58,518 nucleotides of DNA, taken from NCBI GenBank assembly GCA_009602725.1, contig WELB01000027.1, forward strand, positions 620,738 to 679,255. The letters run 5' to 3'. Positions within the stretch are counted from its first letter, which is position 1. The number at the start of each line of letters is the position of its first letter. Shown here in pieces: positions 15,707 through 32,105 of the stretch. The notes beneath the pieces were generated by a model. It saw nothing but the letters and a program-made list of their open reading frames with translations. It had not been told where the DNA came from and searched no databases. The translations under genes and the position numbers were made by a program. The stretch comes from Spirogloea muscicola. Lineage: Eukaryota.

Positions 15707-18700
15707 GGGCTGCGACTGCGGGCGCGGCTGCAGCATGACGAGGCGGCCGGCGCCGCCGCCAGGCCGAGGACGGCGGCGCTCGTCGGCCGCTGCCGGGAGG
15801 CCGCTGCTATGGCCGCCGTCAGGGACGGACAGGGAGGCGCAGCTGGCGGCGCCGAGCTGGGTGAGGAGGCCGAGCTTTGGCGACGAGGCCTGCGGTGGCC
15901 AGGAGACGCCGGAGGCCTCCTGCGGTGCTGCGAGCCCGCCGGGCGCCGCCTGCGCGTCGCCGTGCTCCTCAGCGGTGGCGTCGACAGCAGCGTCGCCCTG
16001 CGGCTCCTCCTCGCCGCCGGCCACTCCTGCGTCGCCTTCTACCTCAAGATCTGGTTCCAGGTCCCGCGCCTGTCATCAACCATCCAATTCAATGTCTTCT
16101 CCAAGTGGGCAAGCTACATACTGTCGTTACGATATTGTCTGGGGACGCTATGCGAGTGCGACTGACGTGGGTTTGTCGCTGGAACTCACGATTTTGGCAC
16201 TTGCGCAGGAGGACTTCCGGAACAGCTGGAGCGCGTGCCCATGGGAGGAGGATCTGCAGTACGCGCAAGCCGTCTGCGACGAGGTAGCAGCTCAAGTCAT
16301 GCGCGACAATTTGCAGCCCTTCCGTGGCAATCAGTCACTTTGTATACTTAGTCTCCAAGACTCCAGCGACACTCTGATGCAAATACTGCTTTGGATTGAG
16401 TAGATTGTGGTAATTGTTTGTGATCTGTTGTGAAATTGACCGTTGATTGATCCTACATTGATCCTACATTACACCGTGAAAGCCCACAGTGCTAGTCTGA
16501 GCTGTTCATATGCAAGCCCCGCTGCGTGCTCGCTTGACTGACTGCCCAGGTGGGCGTGGAGCTGCGAGTTGTGCCGCTCACGGACGACTATTGGGATTTG
16601 GTTGTGAGTGCTCTGTGTCACCACTTAGTTGACACGAGATGCACCTCAGGTCCCGCTATTCAAGCCCCTCCATTGTGCATATAGACGTGAAGCTTATGAC
16701 TTACAGTGCATGCACTAGTTTAAGGTGCTGCATGCATGGATGTGAGGCTCCGCTTGCACACCTAAACTGCAGCTTTTAAACCTCAATCCCCAGACTAGTA
16801 GATGATCCTTCCTCAGTTCACACTGCAGCACGCGGGGCTCGGATGGGCAGGTTATGCACAGCGTGGCCGAGATCCGGGCTGGCCGAACGCCCAACCCCGA
16901 CATGTTGTGCAACTCGCGCATCAAGTTTGGTTCGTGGTTCTTACGACACACGCTGCTTTCTGCGGGGTGTTGGATATATTTCTGGGCTTATGTCTCAGGT
17001 GCTACTGGTGGTCTTCCAATATCAAGATCAGAATCAGATCTGACTGCTCAATAGGTGTCAGTTTTGAAGAGGCAGTTACTTGAGGCTTGCTTCTCTAACT
17101 GTGGCTAACAGAGTCAAGTTGCTGCATTGATCAGGCGCGTTCTATGATGCAATTGATGTTACCAACTTCGACCGCGTGGCATCGGGCCACTACGCTCGAC
17201 TGGAGCAGCTGCCAACAGCCGACCCTTCTTGCTTGCCCACCAGCACCAGCAACGAGCGTGTTGCCCTTCTTGTATCGGCTGACGAGGTGCCATCTCATAG
17301 CCTATGCAGCTCGTTGGAGGATGTGAGGTGTAGGAATCTGCTACTCAGGATTGTTTATTTCATCAGGCATCTCAATTCTTGTGCTCTAGCTTTTGCAGTT
17401 GCAATTTTCAGCATATTACATACTGGATATATAAGTTCATTGCCACTTTTGACTTCCTCTTACATTTAAAGGGGACTCTTTGCCACTTCTGAGCATGCAT
17501 CTGCGCATGTTAGCCCGACCAGGCCAAGAGGGTGACATCTGGGCGAGTACGTTTTGCCGTCCTGCCTCCTGCTGCTGGCCTGTGCGTGCACATTTAACCC
17601 CACCCAGCACTTCACAGCATTGCTGGTGCCGTTTCAGGTGAAAGATCAGACGTACTTCCTGTCACACCTGACGCAGGAGCAGCTCTCCCGCGCGCTCTTC
17701 CCCCTTGGGCACCTCCCGAAGGTTAGTAGGTCCTGTGAAGCTTGGTGTGCTTGCCTGTTGGAAGGTTTGGGGCAGCTTCAAGCAGCCCATAGAGATATGC
17801 ACTTCAAGATGTGGGTTCATAATCAACCAGCTATTATCCTTAGAGTGACACATTTGAAGTTCTTCGCTACATTTGTGCATCCTGCATTGTCTATGATGTG
17901 CTCTATGAAATGACAGAAAGTCCACATAGTCAAATGGGTGGATTGGTGCTTAGCCATCAGGGTTAAGTACAGGGCTCCCCATTGACCTCATGCATTCTCA
18001 TCAAGTACAGGCGCAGTTGAGCCACCTTTGCAAGCGTGCACAATCTCGAGTGCTCACTCAACAGAGTATCTTTTGAGCCTGGCGCATGCACTTCTTGTTC
18101 TTACCGACCACATGCAGGCTGAAGTGCGGAGGCTCGCAGATGACATGGGCCTACCAAACCGTGGACGCAAGGATTCACAGGGCATCTGCTTCTTGGGAAA
18201 GGTTAGTATCAAGGTTGCTTACATCTGCATCAGCTAGTGAAGCGCTTGCATGTCCTTGTCGAGTGACAAAGTGGTCATCAAAGAGGAACAAGGCCTACGT
18301 TGCATGTGCGCTGCAGGTGCGCTTCAACGAGTTCGTAGCAGCACACCTGGGCGAGCGAGAGGGGTGCATCCTTGAGGCAGAGACTGGCGAGCTGCTGGGC
18401 ACCCACCGTGGCTACTGGTTCCACACCATTGGCCAGCGCCAAGGCCTTGGCTTGTCTGGGGGCCCTTGGTGCGTCCCTTGCGTTCATGTTAGATACTAAG
18501 TCACGAGGGCTTAGAGATTTCATAGAATTATCCAGGATACAGCAGATGGACAGGAATCCTGCTCTAGGGTGAGGGCTTAGACCTAAAACCTGAAGACCTA
18601 AACCCCAAAAACCTAAAAGACCGAAACATTATATCTGCAAATCTTTGAAGATGAGGCAAATCTTTGCCGCACCTCGCTTGCTTGCTCGCTCTGCTGACAA

Positions 18701-19498
18701 GTATGTACCATCAAGCTACTACGTCTCTGGGCGTAGCCTTGCATGTTTGTGACATGGTCGTCAATCTTGTGGCAGGTATGTAGTGGCCAAGGCCCCAGAC
18801 GACAATGTGGTTTTCGTGTCCAGGGACTACTATTCTGAGGAGAAGGCACGGCGCGTCTTCACTGTTGGCCTCTTCAGTTGGATCTCTGGTTCACCGCCGC
18901 CAGCCACCTCCCACTTGCTGTGCAAGGTTTGGCTGCCTCCGGCCAGGGCTTGTGCCTAGGCCTTGTACTTGTGGGTTCTGGAGTCAGATATTAGGTGTTA
19001 TGGTTGATAATCTATGACTCATGAAGCTCAGGTTGTAACTTAGATCAAATTGGTGTATTCCCTCAATCAATGATGGTGAAATGCTTGCAGGTCCGGCATG
19101 GCCCAAGGATGTACTCCTGCAATCTGCAGTTCCTGGACAATGCCGAGAGTGTCGCTTCGTCGGCAGGCGTCCAGAAGCACAGCTGCGGCAGCCAGAAGGC
19201 CGTGGTCACGCTGGCGGAGGACGACCAGGGCCTGGCGCCTGGCCAATTTGCCGCATTTTACGACGGGGAAATCTGCTTGGGTTCGGGGGTGATACTGGAG
19301 ACTGGAGCACCCTCAGAGGTGGCGACCATCCCCTCTCCTGCGGCCATGCAAGCGGCCAGGGCACACACTCCGTCAGCGGTGGCCGGCCCCCGCAAGAGCA
19401 AGGTGCATCAGCGGGAGCGGGCTGCCGTTGCGGCGGCCGCTTGGCGCTCGTTACTCTCAGCGGATGCGGCATTGAGAGGTACTCTATGTAAGATATAA
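15707..19498 (+). CDS. mnmA: tRNA-specific 2-thiouridylase MnmA/TrmU, organellar; start probably in the gap
   Basis: [14 protein letters not shown] (PP-loop), [55 protein letters not shown] and [12 protein letters not shown] across ~10 GT-AG exons. Stop at 19498. Confidence 0.95.
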
Positions 19499-20397
19499 TG
19501 ATTGTATAGGTACAAATCTTTTGGCTTATGCACTCATTAGTACATCAAGTCGATAAATAAGCTGCCCCTATTCAACAGGCACCTCATTGTAAGATACTTT
19601 GCTCTTTTTCAAAACCCCTTTATCTGCTGCTTACCACAAGAGGCGGAGGGGCACCATATGGGCCTGTACATACTTGTGAGCTAGCAGTTGCTTTTGCTCA
19701 AGTAAACTGCTATACATCACAGATCAAGTGGGACTTTTTCTGCCTAGCCATCCCAGCAGGGCACTCGACTTGGTTGACTTCACACTACTATAGTTATGCT
19801 TGTAGCTGGCTGCTTGTTACTTGTTTTGAGTGCTTCCGGCACCTCATAGAGGTAGTCTCCATGTCCTAAAGGAAGGGGCTGAGAAAATATGGGAAGCCCG
19901 AAGGTTGGCTGGGGAAGACTTCAGAAATGATGGTAGAGTCTGTACCGTAGGGCCATACGTGCTGGAGAGCAGAAGTCCGGTGCAAGCCCTCTCCTGCTGC
20001 CTCAGGGCTCCTCTCTTCCGTCACACATTGATAACGTGACACTGTTACCTCAGCCACCTTGGCATAGACCTTCGTTTCTTTTAGCCCCATTTCGCACTAT
20101 TTCTGCATGAATACTGCATGCTTGAGTTTGACCACCCTTCTAATCGATGAGCAACTGCGCAACTTCTCTCCCGCCCTTCCAGCATCTGGGCGCACACCAG
20201 CCTTGGAGTACCTCTGGTCACCGCCACGTCGGATACCACGTCAGTGAATAGGGCCGACGTGGACGGCGCCACGCCCGCACGGGCGCTCACGGCCGGCCAC
20301 GTGGACAGTAACAAGCGAGCCAAGTGGCGAGACCACGTGGCCCGGGAGGAGGGAGGGAGGAGGGAGGTGGGCCAGCACCGGCCCAGGAGAGGAGCTC

Positions 20398-21920
20398 ATG
20401 GCCATGGCCATGGTCTCCGCCGCATCCGCCGCCGCCGCCGCCGCCGCCGCCTCCGCCGCTGCGGAGGAGCNGGCGCCCGCAGCCTCGAGCGCGCGCGCGC
20501 CGCCTTCCCGCCCAGCGACGACCGCGTCGAGCTCGTGAGCGCCGCCGCCGCCGCCGCTGGCCACTAGGTGTTAGAGAATCCGTGCACGATAATCTTCTGA
20601 ACAGTAAAGACACTGTGTTTGAAGATATGAATAAAACAGAGAGGATATGTGCACGATGGTCTCTAAACCTTAACTTTGACGATATTAAACACGAGACTTT
20701 ACAGAGACACGAAGGACTTCCGGCCGATGGTGCTGCCGCTGGTCTGAACTCTGAAACCTGTCGCCCGACGCGTCGGCCCTCGCCAATGACGCTGACGCGG
20801 CGGTGACGCCCCCTGACGCCGCCAGGTGGAGGCGGACGTGACCAAGGGCGCGGACGAGCTCGCCGAGGCGCTCGGTGACGCTGACGCCGTCGTGTGCGCC
20901 ACCGGCTTCGCCCCAGGCCTCGACCTCACTTCCGCCTGGCGGGTGCACTGCCAACACCCCAAACCCACATGTCAGAATACATGTTATCATGCTAACTCTA
21001 GCCTAACAGCTCAGAATGATGGCCTCTCTTCTCCAGTCGTCTCGGTCTGCTCCGGGCCTCAGCTTGGCACTGAATACCAAGCGCCCACACTGGACGAGCA
21101 TTCTTTAGCTTTTGTTAGTAATATGATAATAGAGTATTATCTGAGAGATGGGAAACTTTAGGGACAATCAAGGAAAATACAGTAATGATGAGCGATAGGT
21201 CGGCTGGCGGGCTTGGCGGGGAGGTGCGTGCAGGTGGACAACTACGGGACGGTCCACCTTGCGGATGCTTGCAAGCTGCGTGGCGTCCGGAAGCTTGTGC
21301 TTGTGAGCTCGTTGCTCACCAATGCGCCTGCGTGGGGCCAGGCCTTCAACACCACCTACATCGGCCTCAACCTCTTTGGCCTCGTGCTCGTTGCAAAGCG
21401 GCAGGTGATCAAGTCCGGCGTGGATGGTGGAAGCCCGACCTTGTAAAAGCCCAGTGAGTCCAGCGAGTCCAGTGAGCTCAGGCCTAGTGAGGAGGTATTT
21501 TGCTGACGCAACCTTTGTATCATCGCTCGGATGCCAGGCTGAGAAGTACCTTGAGAAGTCTGGTCTCGACTACACGATTGTGCGGCCTGGCGGCCTGTCC
21601 AGCGACCCGCCATTTGGCAACCTCGTCATGTTGCGCGCGGTCAGTCCCTTTCTGATGTCACTTCTCCTTTGTGACATGGTAGAGAGCTTTGTTGCTCCTT
21701 GCCAGACATTCATCATCACTGCCGTTCTGTTTGAGTCTGCCGATGTGGCTCAATGACACAGGACACATTGTCGGGCGGCCGAGTGTCGCGAACCACGGTT
21801 GCTGAGGTGGCGGTTGAGGCATTGCTCTGCCCTGAGGCGTCATACAAGATAATTGAAATTGTGTCGCAAGAAGATGCGCCCTTCAAGCCCATTAAGGAGC
21901 TCTTTGCCTCGGTTGCCTGA
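20398..21920 (+). CDS. NAD(P)-binding Rossmann-fold protein, plastid At2g34460-like (atypical SDR)
   Basis: Ala-rich transit-like start MAMAMVSAAS; ADVTKGADELAEALGDADAVVCATGF | VDNYGTVHLADAC...VLVSSLLTNAPAWGQAFNTTYIGLNLFGLVLVAKRQ | AEKYLEKSGLDYTIVRPGGL | DTLSGGRVSRTTVAEVAVEALLCPEASYKIIEIV...*. The GxxGxxG region is probably lost at the single N at 20471. Confidence 0.9.
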
Positions 21921-23214
21921 TGTTAGCTCTTGCACCAATGCTTGGTCAAGACGTGCACTGCACAACCTTTTAGCAACCTGCGCAACTAGTATAGATCTGC
22001 ATAGTGCAGGCTTTACGTAGATTAGAGGCACGTGAGCCAGTATTTGTTGTACATGCCATCCTAGTTCTTCAACCACAATAAGCGCTTATCTGATAAAAGT
22101 AACCTGTTCCCTCAGCTTGACAGTACGTACCACAGTATGCAGGATTGTGCAGAGATGCAGAAGGTTATCTCCAGGGGTCATCAGAAACGACACCAGCCTG
22201 GCAGCAGACTTGTTGTACCATCATTGATGTGCGCAGCAGTTATCTTCCTTTCTTTTGCCTCGAATCTAACAAACCCTTCCCGCTGCATGTCGTTACTAAT
22301 AATTCTTTCACATACCATTGTCCGATGACAGAGCCCATCTTGCAATGCAGAGACCAATGCTCCTGACAAATGTGTTAGGCATTTAAATTAGTGGTGGCAA
22401 AGCTAAGCGCTCCTAGAATCGAAGAGATTTCTGATAAGTGTAAACGGAAAAGTATGAGAAATCGCACATGGATGGTGAGCACGTGAACCCACAATCACAT
22501 CATCCCAAGTGCAGTAACCATACAAGTGGCATGAGAATCGTTAAACAAAGTTTGCAGCTTAACTGGTCACCGATAGCTGACTCTGAACCCCAAGATCATA
22601 AGAATCAGGCAATGGCCTGACGGTTGGTGGTATCACTGGATGGTTACAAAGGGCAGTGAGTGCTAAAAGCGCAGTAAGTGGAGGCTTCACCGTACCTGCA
22701 CCCAGTGACAATGGAGGAGAAGCAGCAGCATCTTTGCCGATCGGGGCGAGGGCTGTAGAAAAGCCAGCACCACGAAAGATTGACCGAGGTCCTGAGGAGC
22801 CAGAACAGCTCGTCCCTAACGCCACGGCACGACGGCGAGGCGCGGCACGAGCCGCCAACGTTGACGGCGCCGTCAAGCGCACTTGGGCAGGCAGGCCCCT
22901 GGCGACCAATCGGCGCGGGAAGCGCGGCCCCACGTGCTACCACGTGGCTCGTGATTGAGTTCTATTAAGTTTACATATCAATTGATAACGGCGAGGAAAT
23001 AATAGCTCCTACCGCCTGACGCTCCACCACATAGACAGGCAGCAGTGTCGCCGCGATCAAAAGGCATGATGTACCTCGGAACGTTACCGACCGGATAATG
23101 CTGTGCATTATGGCCAACGCAAGTCTCTTATAGTCCCGGGCTTGATAAGTGGCGACTAGCCTCGGCCGCCGCCGCCGCACGGCCGCAGCCGCAGCCGCCG
23201 CCGCCGGGCGCGGC

Positions 23215-23735
23215 NNNNNNNNNNNNNNNNNNNNNNNNNNNNNNNNNNNNNNNNNNNNNNNNNNNNNNNNNNNNNNNNNNNNNNNNNNNNNNNNNNNNNN
23301 NNNNNNNNNNNNNNNNNNNNNNNNNNNNNNNNNNNNNNNNNNNNNNNNNNNNNNNNNNNNNNNNNNNNNNNNNNNNNNNNNNNNNNNNNNNNNNNNNNNN
23401 NNNNNNNNNNNNNNNNNNNNNNNNNNNNNNNNNNNNNNNNNNNNNNNNNNNNNNNNNNNNNNNNNNNNNNNNNNNNNNNNNNNNNNNNNNNNNNNNNNNN
23501 NNNNNNNNNNNNNNNNNNNNNNNNNNNNNNNNNNNNNNNNNNNNNNNNNNNNNNNNNNNNNNNNNNNNNNNNNNNNNNNNNNNNNNNNNNNNNNNNNNNN
23601 NNNNNNNNNNNNNNNNNNNNNNNNNNNNNNNNNNNNNNNNNNNNNNNNNNNNNNNNNNNNNNNNNNNNNNNNNNNNNNNNNNNNNNNNNNNNNNNNNNNN
23701 NNNNNNNNNNNNNNNNNNNNNNNNNNNNNNNNNNN
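23215..23735. other. Assembly gap (N run)
   Basis: Run of N. It probably hides the first exon(s) of PFK. Confidence 0.99.
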
Positions 23736-23790
23736 GCGCTGACAGCGGCGGCGGCGGCGGTGGCCGCCCCGCAGCGCGCCGCTGCCGCAG

Positions 23791-26700
23791 TGCGTGCCGA
23801 CGACCAAGCGCGACCAGCAGGACATGCAGCAGCTCTTCGTCCACGACAACGACCGCATCCTCATCAATGTGAGCGCCGCCGCCGCCGCCGCACCCGCGCG
23901 CTTGGCGGCGCCGGCGGCTGACGGCGGCGGGGCCCCCGGCAGGTAACCTACTACGGCCACCCGACGTCCGTCGGCGTCGAGAAGGACGACGACGGCAGCT
24001 GGCAGTTCAAGCCACTGTGGTAATCCACTGGTCTCACACGAGACCGCCATTGAGCGCCTGGCTTACAAGCGTCAGCGTCAGTATCAGCGTCGGCATCAGC
24101 ATCAGCATGCAAGCTGGCTGCCAAGGAGCCCCGCCAGCAGCAGCTCACTGTTGGCTGTTGGCGGCTCTTGGCTCTAACCGCCGGAGTCTAAACTGTTTGA
24201 TACTGTTACGCAAAAAATATCAATATGCGCTCGCAGGGGGCGCCGGGCCGGCCCCCGCGAGAAGATCTACTTCGACCCGCCAACCGTCGTCGCCGCCATC
24301 GTGACCTGCGGCGGCCTCTGCCCCGGCATGAACGATGTCATCCGGCAGGTGCTTTGTTGGGCCGGGCCCCTTTGGCTAGACGACTGTGGACACTGTCAGT
24401 TCGGTGGAATTATGAACGGCCACCAGAAGAGACCAGACTCTATGTGGGTAAGTCATGGGAAGAATGCACGGAGATGCCTGACTGCAATGCTCACCGCTTG
24501 GTGTGTGGACCGCAGATTGTGTACACACTCGAGACGTATGGTGTGCGCGAGATCCTGGGCGTGCAGTACGGGCTGCGGGGCTTTGTGGACGAGAAGCTCC
24601 CGCCCATGAAGGTGCCCAGTAACCCCACTGAAGTCTGACGTGCCAGTGCAGGCCGCACTCCCTCGGTGCCGCTAGCTGGGCGACAGGGGCTGTTTGCCAT
24701 GCAGACTTCAATAGCTACATGGCACGAGGTCATTCCTTTCAATGCCTTTCTCTGACCTGGGCGGCGTTGCTTGTGGTGGGCCGCAGCTCACGCATGGGAT
24801 GGTCAACGACATCAGCATGAAGGGCGGGAGCTTCCTGGGCGTCTCGCGCGGGCACCCCGAGAGCTCCGAGATCGCCGACGCACTGGAGGTGATCGGAGCG
24901 ACCATCGCAATGCTGCATGCCATGGTGATCTGACAGATAAGTGGCAGTGTGACAGTTACTTCCATGTTTATCGTTGACGTGCATTGACGTGTATCTTACT
25001 TTCCACATGCATGCTCCCGCTCAGTGAATACCGCAGCGTGACTGTCGCAGAAGTGGGGTGTGAACATGCTCTTTGTCATTGGCGGCAACGGGTCGCACGC
25101 TGGCGCCAATGCCGTCTACGAGATTGTGAGCCCCGCCGCTTGTGCTCTACGGGCGGCCACTATGGAGCAGGAGCAGAGTGGCCACTGCTGAAGCCAATCC
25201 CTGCTCTCGCTGGCTATGGGCCAGTGCAGGGAGCGGAACATGAAGATTGTTGTCGTCGGCGTCCCCAAGACGATTGACAATGACATCCTGCTCGTGGACA
25301 AGACATTTGGATTCGACACCGCGGTGGAGGAGGCCCAGCGCGCCATCAGCGCCGCCTACATCGAGGTCAGTGAGCCGTCAACCAGCCCAAGATGGTGGCT
25401 GTGACACATCGGCACCATCTACCCTTGTCTGCATTTGATGCTTGCAGCAGCATTATCAGGAGGCCACTTTGGTGCTGTTTCCATTGCCCGAGTTTGTGGA
25501 ATTGTGGCAGGCCACAAGCGCGTACAGCGGCGTCGGCGTCGTGAAGCTCATGGGCCGGCAGAGCGGCTTCATTGCCATGCACGCGGCGCTGGCAAGCGGC
25601 CACGTGGACTGCGTCCTCATCCCCGAGGTGCGCCCGATGCATGCCAGCGGCTGTTTGCTGATACACTACCTGCACAACTCCATCTGGGCTGTCCTCCTGA
25701 ATGGCATCTCCGCTATGTCCTGCTGGACGGGCTCTGTGACACTGTCATGGTCAGGTGCCATTCGTGATGGAGGGGGGACAAGGGCGTTCTGCAGTTCCTC
25801 AAGCGCCGCATCCAGACCAATGGCCACGCTGTCGTCGTCGTCGCCGAAGGCGCTGGCCAGGTTTCAGCTCCTCCAGTGCACCGTCTGCCATCGTCTTCTA
25901 GACCCTGAGCCCGACAGTCTAGCTGTGTTCTCCTTTAAAAGGTAATCACCTTGCATGTCTATCCTCGATGTGTCTGTTTGGGATGGTATGCAGCAACACC
26001 TACCTCTTGGTTGCTGAGGTCCAGGCGCAAGAGTCAGCCCCATGCTGCAAGTAAGTCAAAATTTGGTTCATGTCTTCTCATGTTGTGCCTAGTCTTTGAC
26101 TTGGCTAAGTTGTGGGGGCACGCAGGAGCTGCTGGAGGGTGTCTCCGGCACGGATGCGTCTGGCAACCCCATCTTGGGCGACATTGGCCGCTTTGTTGTG
26201 CAGGAGGTCGTTGCTGCTCTCACTGCTGCTCAAAGCTCCAATATCCCCATACTGAGCAGACTACATGTCAAAGTGTCTTCATGCCGCGTCCAGTGTCTAA
26301 TTCACATCTGCATGCCATTATTGTTGTATTTATCTTGCAATGGTGCGCTACTTCTGCGAAGTCCATCAAGTATCTTCAATAGAACATTGTGGGTTCAAAG
26401 CCCAAAAAAATCACTTGAAACCGACTCGCACGTGGTTCTATCATTCTGAGAGCTTGGTGAGCAAGTCCGGCTGCCTGGAGGGGCAGTCAGAGCAAGCCCT
26501 TGGCTAACACCAATTTGCGATGCTGCAAAAGTGCAGGTGAAGCGCTACTTCAAGGAGGCGGGGATGCCGGCGGATGTCAAGTCCATCGACCCAACTTACA
26601 TGATACGTGCATGTCCTGCCAACGCCGCCGACCACATATTTTGCAGCGTGCTTGGCCAGAATGCCGTGCGCCCTCACTCCCACGCTCACACTCACGTTGT

Positions 26701-27152
26701 GCTTAGCACAGCAACATGTAGTGTTACAAGTGTACATATTGAATTCGATCAATCAGTGTGGGATCCTGAGGGGCTGTGCCTGAGCGTCTGCAGCAGTCGC
26801 TTCGCTAATACTGTGGCCGCAATACTTAAGTGGGCCGTCAATAATATGCTGACTGGTTTCTGGGACGTTGCCGTGCAATGGCCAGGTGCATGGTGCGTTC
26901 GCGGGGTACAGCAACTTCACAGTGGGGCTCGTGAACACGCACTACTGCCTGCTGCCGATCCCCGCCGTCATCCGGCACATGCGCACCGTCAACCCCAACT
27001 CTAACATGTGGCACCGCTGCGTCACGTCCACGGGGCAGCCCGACTTTTGGGCCGCGCTGCCGCCGGTGACCGCCGACGTCGGCATCGGCGAGGAGCCCTC
27101 CCCGCTCGGCGGTGGCAGCGAGCCGGTGGCGCCGGTCGGGCTCGGGCGCTGA
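23791..27152 (+). CDS. PFK5: ATP-dependent 6-phosphofructokinase, PFK5-type; one +1 frameshift as assembled
   Basis: [91 protein letters not shown] and [14 protein letters not shown]. Exon 25755-25860 is 106 nt between two phase-0 introns (one extra G). Confidence 0.92.
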
Positions 27153-27513
27153 GGGGGCCTTCAGGACATGGCTGCCCATCACAGCGTCGAGTGATATCGC
27201 AGACTCTGCTGCTGCTAGAGGCTGTCCAGCGCCTCGGCCTTTGCCGCCGCCGCAAGGCGAGGCCGTTTCTTTGCCTGAGCGCCATACGCCATGGCAGCAG
27301 TACGCAGCTGTCAGTAGGCAACCTACAAAACAACAATTGCCACCGATGCTGGCCAATGTGGCCATGGCATTTTGTATTATACGGGTAAGAGACTTTGGCA
27401 ATGCTGCTCACCGGCTGGCGCATGGGCGGCGGCGGAGGCGACGACAAGTAGTTGTCCATGTCGTCGTCAGAGTGGAACTGTGGAGCCGGTCGCGGCAGCG
27501 CCAAGTCAGGCGG

Positions 27514-28223
27514 TCAGTGCACGGATGTCGAGAGAGTGCGGCGGCACTTTGGAGTGGCAATGGTGGCGGGAAGCACCTCGAGCTCCTTGACCGCGCGCTT
27601 TGCCAGGCGAGCCGACAGTGCCGCCGCCGGCGCAGCGCCGGCGGCCGCTCGCGTTCGCAGCGGCTGCGCCTTCTTGGCGCGCCCGGCGCGCTTGCGTGGT
27701 GGCGGCGTCAGCTCCCCGTCGCTCGTCTCGGCGTCCTCGTCGCCGTCAGCGGCCGATCCATGCCGCTGTGCGATGGCCGCCCGATGTAGCGACACGGCCT
27801 CGTTTGCGCGCGTCTCGCGCTCCCATTGCTTGCGCAGCTTCTCGATGCTGCCCTCGATGCGGCCCTGGCAGAGAGCGGGGCCGCTTGTTGGATGCAGAGG
27901 AAGGAGGAGGAGGAGAGGGGTGGTGCAGAGGGACAAGATAGAGCGCACCAGATGAGGGAGGGGGTTCACGGAGGGGAGGAGGGAGGCACCTGGAGGCGCT
28001 TGCGCTTGCGGCAGAGGCCGCCCATGCCCCAGTGTGCGTCGCGCGCCCACGCCAGCAGCGGTCCCGTCACCGGCAGCAGGCCGCTGGGCAGCCGGCTGCC
28101 GGCTCCGCCGCCGCCGCCGCCGCCACCCAGCGGGGCGGCGTCCAGCAGCGCAGGCCGGGGCAGGCCGTAAGCGCCGTAGGACGCGCCGCCGTAGAAGCGC
28201 CGCAGCGGGATGGCCCCCGGCAT
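27514..28223 (-). CDS. Conserved plant hypothetical protein (FYG..LPRP / WAxxAHWxMGG..KRxRLQGRIEG family), 2 exons
   Basis: MPGAIPLRRFYGGASYGAYGLPRP...VTGPLLAWARDAHWGMGGLCRKRKRLQ (28223-27990) | GRIEGSIEKLRKQWERE...LSTSVH* (27864-27514). Phase-0 GT-AG intron. The motif resembles an uncharacterised land-plant family recalled from memory. Confidence 0.78.
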
Positions 28224-28485
28224 GGCGCTCGCCGAGTGAGTGGGCAAGCTCAATTAGACGCCTTGTCTGATAAGCTACGCAGCAAGCGATGTGCAGGTCA
28301 TGAGCAGCATCGACTTGGAGCGCCACAGATCGCAGGCTGCCAAGCGCCCTCTGACCAGCGCAGAGCCCGCCGCCGCGGCACTCCCGGCGGCGGCGCCCGC
28401 GCTCCGGCAGCGCGGCGCGGCTGGCCTGGCCGCGGACGCAGGGCTGCTGGCGCGGAGCTCTGGCTCCAGCTGACCTCCTTCCCTT

Positions 28486-29285
28486 NNNNNNNNNNNNNNN
28501 NNNNNNNNNNNNNNNNNNNNNNNNNNNNNNNNNNNNNNNNNNNNNNNNNNNNNNNNNNNNNNNNNNNNNNNNNNNNNNNNNNNNNNNNNNNNNNNNNNNN
28601 NNNNNNNNNNNNNNNNNNNNNNNNNNNNNNNNNNNNNNNNNNNNNNNNNNNNNNNNNNNNNNNNNNNNNNNNNNNNNNNNNNNNNNNNNNNNNNNNNNNN
28701 NNNNNNNNNNNNNNNNNNNNNNNNNNNNNNNNNNNNNNNNNNNNNNNNNNNNNNNNNNNNNNNNNNNNNNNNNNNNNNNNNNNNNNNNNNNNNNNNNNNN
28801 NNNNNNNNNNNNNNNNNNNNNNNNNNNNNNNNNNNNNNNNNNNNNNNNNNNNNNNNNNNNNNNNNNNNNNNNNNNNNNNNNNNNNNNNNNNNNNNNNNNN
28901 NNNNNNNNNNNNNNNNNNNNNNNNNNNNNNNNNNNNNNNNNNNNNNNNNNNNNNNNNNNNNNNNNNNNNNNNNNNNNNNNNNNNNNNNNNNNNNNNNNNN
29001 NNNNNNNNNNNNNNNNNNNNNNNNNNNNNNNNNNNNNNNNNNNNNNNNNNNNNNNNNNNNNNNNNNNNNNNNNNNNNNNNNNNNNNNNNNNNNNNNNNNN
29101 NNNNNNNNNNNNNNNNNNNNNNNNNNNNNNNNNNNNNNNNNNNNNNNNNNNNNNNNNNNNNNNNNNNNNNNNNNNNNNNNNNNNNNNNNNNNNNNNNNNN
29201 NNNNNNNNNNNNNNNNNNNNNNNNNNNNNNNNNNNNNNNNNNNNNNNNNNNNNNNNNNNNNNNNNNNNNNNNNNNNNNNNNNNNN
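28486..29285. other. Assembly gap (N run)
   Basis: Run of N. It probably hides the N-terminal exon(s) of RsmB. Confidence 0.99.
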
Positions 29286-29362
29286 AGCCGCCGCCGCAGT
29301 CGTCGCAGTCGCCGCCGCGAGTCCCGGGCTCCGACGCCGCCCCTCGCCGTCGTCTCCGCCAG

Positions 29363-32105
<2,743 letters not shown>

